The position numbers and the translations under genes were made by a program. A model generated the notes under the pieces. It was given only the letters and a program-made list of their open reading frames with translations, ran no database searches and was not told the DNA's origin. Shown in pieces: positions 42,945 to 46,037 of a stretch of 46,037 nt of DNA. Positions within the stretch are counted from its first letter, which is position 1. Every line of letters begins with the position of its first letter. Source of the DNA: a virus; the IMG/VR virus record IMGVR_UViG_3300045988_153867; one strand, written 5' to 3'.

Positions 42945-43601
42945 ATGATTGATATATATACAAACTTAGCAACCCCGCCTACAGATGCTTTGAAAACAAT
43001 CCAAGCAGGTAATCTAAGGGGAAAAAGTGATATAAACCCACAATGGAAGATTGAAGCCATTACTGCTCAGTTTGGTTTGTGTGGTATTGGGTGGAAATTT
43101 GAAATTTTAGATAAGACTATATATCCATTAGAGGATAAGCAAATATTACTGTATATGACGGTAGCTTTGTTTATCAAAAACGGTGATAGTTGGAGCGAGC
43201 CTATCATTGGTTGTGGAGGCGACTTCATTGTTCAAAAATACAAAACTGGACTTACAGCAAATGATGAAGCCTTTAAGATGTGTCTTACTGACGCACTTGG
43301 TAACGCTATGAAAAACATTGGCGTTGCAGCAGATGTGTACAGGGGGTTTTGCGATGGTAAATATAGCGTTCGAGAAGAACGGCAATCTGTTGAACCATCA
43401 ACCACTAAAACATCAAATAAAGCAGAAGCGCCTACACCTATAAACCAAACTAAGCCTGCGTTTCCTGACGAAAATACAGGACCACAATTTTTGATGTGTC
43501 AGGAATGTACGGTTGAAATTAGCCAAAAAGTACATGATTATAGCGTGCAGAAATTTGGTAGGCCGCTCTGTATGAAATGTCAGAAGGTAGCAGCAAAATG
43601 A
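42945..43601 (+). CDS. Rad52/Sak-type single-strand annealing protein with a C-terminal zinc ribbon
   Basis: INPQWKIEAITAQFGLCGIGW...NDEAFKMCLTDALGNAMKNIGVAADVY pattern. C-terminal CQEC...CMKC motifs are present. Confidence 0.65.
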   Translation: MIDIYTNLATPPTDALKTIQAGNLRGKSDINPQWKIEAITAQFGLCGIGWKFEILDKTIYPLEDKQILLYMTVALFIKNGDSWSEPIIGCGGDFIVQKYKTGLTANDEAFKMCLTDALGNAMKNIGVAADVYRGFCDGKYSVREERQSVEPSTTKTSNKAEAPTPINQTKPAFPDENTGPQFLMCQECTVEISQKVHDYSVQKFGRPLCMKCQKVAAK

Positions 43602-44125
43602 AAACTACGGTACAAGACCTTCAGCTGATTCAGACATGGCAGGGGGCAAGTGTTGTGATTCCACTTTCATCATCAGAGGCGGAAGAGGTCGCAGAATTAA
43701 AGAAAAAGGCTGACGATGGAAAACCATTGCAGTTTGAATTAAAAATCGTTAGAAAACAACGTAGCCTTGATGCAAATGCGGCATTATGGTTTTTGTTACA
43801 GGAAATGGCGGCTAAACTACGGACAAATAAAGATGCGCTATATCTTGAAATGTTGGGTAGATATGGAGTATTTACGCATATAATTGCAAAAGCTAATGCT
43901 GCAGAGCGATTTAAAGCTCAATGGCGTACTGTTAAGGATCTTGGCGAAGTTACTGTCAATGGGCAGACTGGTAAGCAGCTACAATGTTATTTTGGCAGTA
44001 GTACTTATAACACGCTTGAATTTAGTAGGTTGTTAGATGGAACGATTAATGATGCAAAGGAAATTGGTATAAACCTTATTTCCGATGCTGATAGGGCGCT
44101 TATGCTTGCAGAATGGGGCAAATAA
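43598..44125 (+). CDS. NinB/Orf-like recombination mediator
   Basis: The RSLDANAALW motif and the C-terminal LEFSRLLDGTINDAKEIGI pattern parallel lambda NinB. Confidence 0.6.
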   Translation: MKTTVQDLQLIQTWQGASVVIPLSSSEAEEVAELKKKADDGKPLQFELKIVRKQRSLDANAALWFLLQEMAAKLRTNKDALYLEMLGRYGVFTHIIAKANAAERFKAQWRTVKDLGEVTVNGQTGKQLQCYFGSSTYNTLEFSRLLDGTINDAKEIGINLISDADRALMLAEWGK

Positions 44126-44126
44126 A

Positions 44127-44402
44127 ATGGCTAAGAGTATCATGCAGACAGGAAAATATTGTTATAACTGTGGGATAGAAACAGGACTTCATTTGCACCA
44201 TATCTACTATGGTACCGGCAAGCGGAAAATTAGCGATAAAAACGGTTTTACCTGTTGGCTGTGCTGGCGTTGCCACAATGCTGTGCATGATGGCAGTGAA
44301 CTGGGGTCTTTGTTAAAGGCAGAGTGCCAAATGGTTTTTGAGCTTGAACACAGCAGAGAAGAATTTATGAAGATTATCGGAAGAAATTATTTAGACGACT
44401 GA
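44127..44402 (+). CDS. HNH-like zinc-finger protein
   Basis: CYNCG...HLHHI...CWLCWRCHNAVH motifs are present. Confidence 0.55.
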   Translation: MAKSIMQTGKYCYNCGIETGLHLHHIYYGTGKRKISDKNGFTCWLCWRCHNAVHDGSELGSLLKAECQMVFELEHSREEFMKIIGRNYLDD

Positions 44403-44412
44403 AAGGATTATT

Positions 44413-45117
44413 ATGAACTACGTTGCACAGATGAATGCGTTTTGGAGCTGGCGGTTACTCAACCAACTTAATAGCCGAGCTGCTGATTTGTATATGGCAT
44501 TATTGCACTTTAACAATTTAGGCGGCTGGCAAAAAGAGTTTACCGTGTCCAGCACGATGCTGCAATCGGTGTGTGGAATTTCTCGGACTGAATTAAGTAG
44601 GCATAGGAATACTCTAATTCAGATGGGGCTGATTTCATACCAGGGCGGCAAAGGTAGTCGATCAGGTTTTTATCAGATATTTGATTTGTGTGTCGTATAC
44701 CGAACACAAACTGATACACAACCTGTAACACAACTTGTAACACAAACTGATACACAACCTGTAACACAATCTCGCGCGGAGAAGAAAGTATATATAAATA
44801 ATATTATTAATAATAAACAAAACGAAAAGAAACAAGAAGCGCCTGATTGTGAGCGGGAAGAATATTTTGCCCGATTTTGGGAAACATACCCGGTGAAGGT
44901 GAAAAAGCCTGTAGCTAAAATCGAGTGGAATAAGCTTGTTGATCCTTGTGTGGAGCTGTACGAAAAAATCATAGCTGCTGTTGAGCGGTATAAACAGACA
45001 AGCCGTTGGAAAGAGAACAACGGGGCTTATATTCCATACCCTGAAACATTCTTGCAGGACAGGCGTTGGGAAGATGAGATACGTGTTACAGAGCAGAAAA
45101 AAGAATGGGCATGGTGA
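44413..45117 (+). CDS. Replication initiator / replisome organiser (DnaD-like N-terminal domain)
   Basis: A winged-helix-like N-terminus, internal iterons and an AT-rich tract, as in lambda O-type initiators. Confidence 0.6.
   Translation: MNYVAQMNAFWSWRLLNQLNSRAADLYMALLHFNNLGGWQKEFTVSSTMLQSVCGISRTELSRHRNTLIQMGLISYQGGKGSRSGFYQIFDLCVVYRTQTDTQPVTQLVTQTDTQPVTQSRAEKKVYINNIINNKQNEKKQEAPDCEREEYFARFWETYPVKVKKPVAKIEWNKLVDPCVELYEKIIAAVERYKQTSRWKENNGAYIPYPETFLQDRRWEDEIRVTEQKKEWAW
44703..44769 (+). repeat. Direct repeats (2 x 31 bp, period 36 bp; ACACAA submotif x6); candidate origin iterons
   Basis: AACACAAACTGATACACAACCTGTAACACAA is repeated. An AT-rich tract follows at about 44785-44830. Confidence 0.6.
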
Positions 45118-45127
45118 GGTGATTTGA

Positions 45128-45778
45128 ATGCTTGATATAGGCGATGTAGAGGCTGCGTTTGTGGTATGGCGAGCAGCTGGCTTAACTCCACCACCGATGA
45201 ATGATGTTCAGCGGGAAAACTTTATGGCAAAAACGTTGGAACAATACAAGTATACACAGGTCAATGATTGGGCGGAAGCTGTTGAGTGGGTGGCTAATAA
45301 CAATACGCGCTGGGCAACGTGGTTCGACATCAATACAGCGCTGTCTATAGTCCGGCAGAATAAAATCGGCGCAGAGAAGAAGGCTATTGAGCGTAATTCT
45401 AAAGCGGCAAACGAGTTTGTTAAAAAGTTGTTTGCTGATCTTGCTGCCGGTAAAACATTTGGCGAACTACGGCAGCCAATAAGCGATAAAGTTAGAGCTG
45501 CAGCAAAGAGGATTTTTCCTGATGCTGACGATAGCTTTATAAAGCGTAATTGCAGCGATATCAGCTTTATCGCAGACGTCGAACGAAAATGCGCTGAATG
45601 TATTAACACTGTTGATTGCCCATACAGCGGACATCAACCGTTTTTGAGAGTAGACAAAGAAAGCGGATTTACTTATGTGGTTGCTGATCGTGAGCGGTGT
45701 TATAAATATCATCCGTTAGTGCCTGATGTAGTACCAAAACGGTCAGCACGTCGTCAAGGGGATTTAGCTAAAGTTTAA
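45128..45778 (+). CDS. Hypothetical replication-module protein with a Cys cluster
   Basis: ORF track frame. The CAECINTVDCPYSGH motif is present. Confidence 0.5.
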   Translation: MLDIGDVEAAFVVWRAAGLTPPPMNDVQRENFMAKTLEQYKYTQVNDWAEAVEWVANNNTRWATWFDINTALSIVRQNKIGAEKKAIERNSKAANEFVKKLFADLAAGKTFGELRQPISDKVRAAAKRIFPDADDSFIKRNCSDISFIADVERKCAECINTVDCPYSGHQPFLRVDKESGFTYVVADRERCYKYHPLVPDVVPKRSARRQGDLAKV

Positions 45779-45791
45779 AGGAGCGGTAACT

Positions 45792-46037
45792 ATGAAAAAG
45801 TATGAATTAACAGCAGAGTTTATAGAAAAATGGGGCAAGAAATTATTTAGGATTAAGGCTTTAATTAGCTTTGGAAGTGTTGAAGTTGGTGAACTTGGTG
45901 GATATGTGGAAAAAGAAGATAACTTAGCGCAAGATGGCAACGCTTGGGTGTACGGCAACGCTAGGGTGTGCGGCGACGCTGAGGTGTACGGCAACGCTAG
46001 GGTGTGCGGCGACGCTGAGGTGTACGGCAACGCTAGG
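45792..46037 (+). CDS. N-terminal part of the hexapeptide-repeat protein (continues at 2..436)
   Basis: ATG follows AAGGAG and encodes MKKYELTAEFIEKWGKKLFRIKALISFGSVEVGELGGYVEKEDNLAQDGNAW, then the repeats. The frame is open to the window end. Confidence 0.7.
   Translation, partial: MKKYELTAEFIEKWGKKLFRIKALISFGSVEVGELGGYVEKEDNLAQDGNAWVYGNARVCGDAEVYGNARVCGDAEVYGNAR
45935..46037 (+). repeat. Tandem 18-bp coding repeats (same array as 1..180)
   Basis: Direct reading. Confidence 0.9.

Larger units (their letters stand above)
1..46037. mobile_element. Complete circularly closed temperate tailed-phage genome with a podovirus-like virion module
   Basis: First 22 nt are identical to the last 22 nt, and the frame of the split repeat gene is preserved across the junction. 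Packaging, head, tail, lysis, integration, immunity and replication modules are all present. Confidence 0.85.

Noticed and set aside
45764-46030. 88-aa minus-strand ORF with its own repeats (LALPYTSASPHT)
   Set aside because: It is the antisense reading of the 18-bp tandem array. It has no RBS, and the sense frame has a proper start, RBS and non-repetitive N-terminus.

Overview
The window is a complete, circularly closed temperate tailed-phage genome of about 46 kb. The first 22 nt equal the last 22 nt, and the reading frame of a hexapeptide-repeat gene is preserved across that junction. Almost all genes are on the + strand. In order, the window contains:
- late-early small genes, many of them zinc-ribbon-like;
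- a RinA/ArpU-like late activator;
- a roughly 550-bp non-coding stretch with an embedded tRNA-Lys(UUU);
- terS, terL, portal, scaffold and capsid;
- a T7/BPP-1-like tail and internal-virion module (tubular A and B, gp13/14/15/16-like), including a 2183-aa polyvalent-type giant protein;
- a reverse-strand moron of secreted proteins;
- a Bro-N antirepressor, three tail-fibre genes and a lysis cassette;
- a five-gene cargo cluster of unknown function, then attP with a tyrosine integrase;
- a CI/Cro switch and a lambdoid-style recombination and replication module (Gp157, Rad52/Sak-like annealase, NinB-like, DnaD-like initiator with iterons).
Ribosome-binding sites and promoters look Firmicutes-like. 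Spanin-like ORFs hint at a diderm host, but that is speculation.
The most notable sequence-supported observations are:
1. An invertible tail-fibre tip cassette bounded by perfect 31-bp inverted repeats, with a start-less alternative C-terminus on the opposite strand and no invertase gene nearby.
2. A type I toxin-antitoxin-like locus (25-aa Hol-Tox-like peptide) with three paralogous promoter-leader units, inserted between internal-virion genes.
3. Duplicated motif-leader-terminator modules in front of late gene blocks, which suggests antitermination control.
4. Two near-coextensive same-strand overlapping membrane-protein ORFs just after the endolysin.
Functional calls come from motif recognition by eye, not from database searches.
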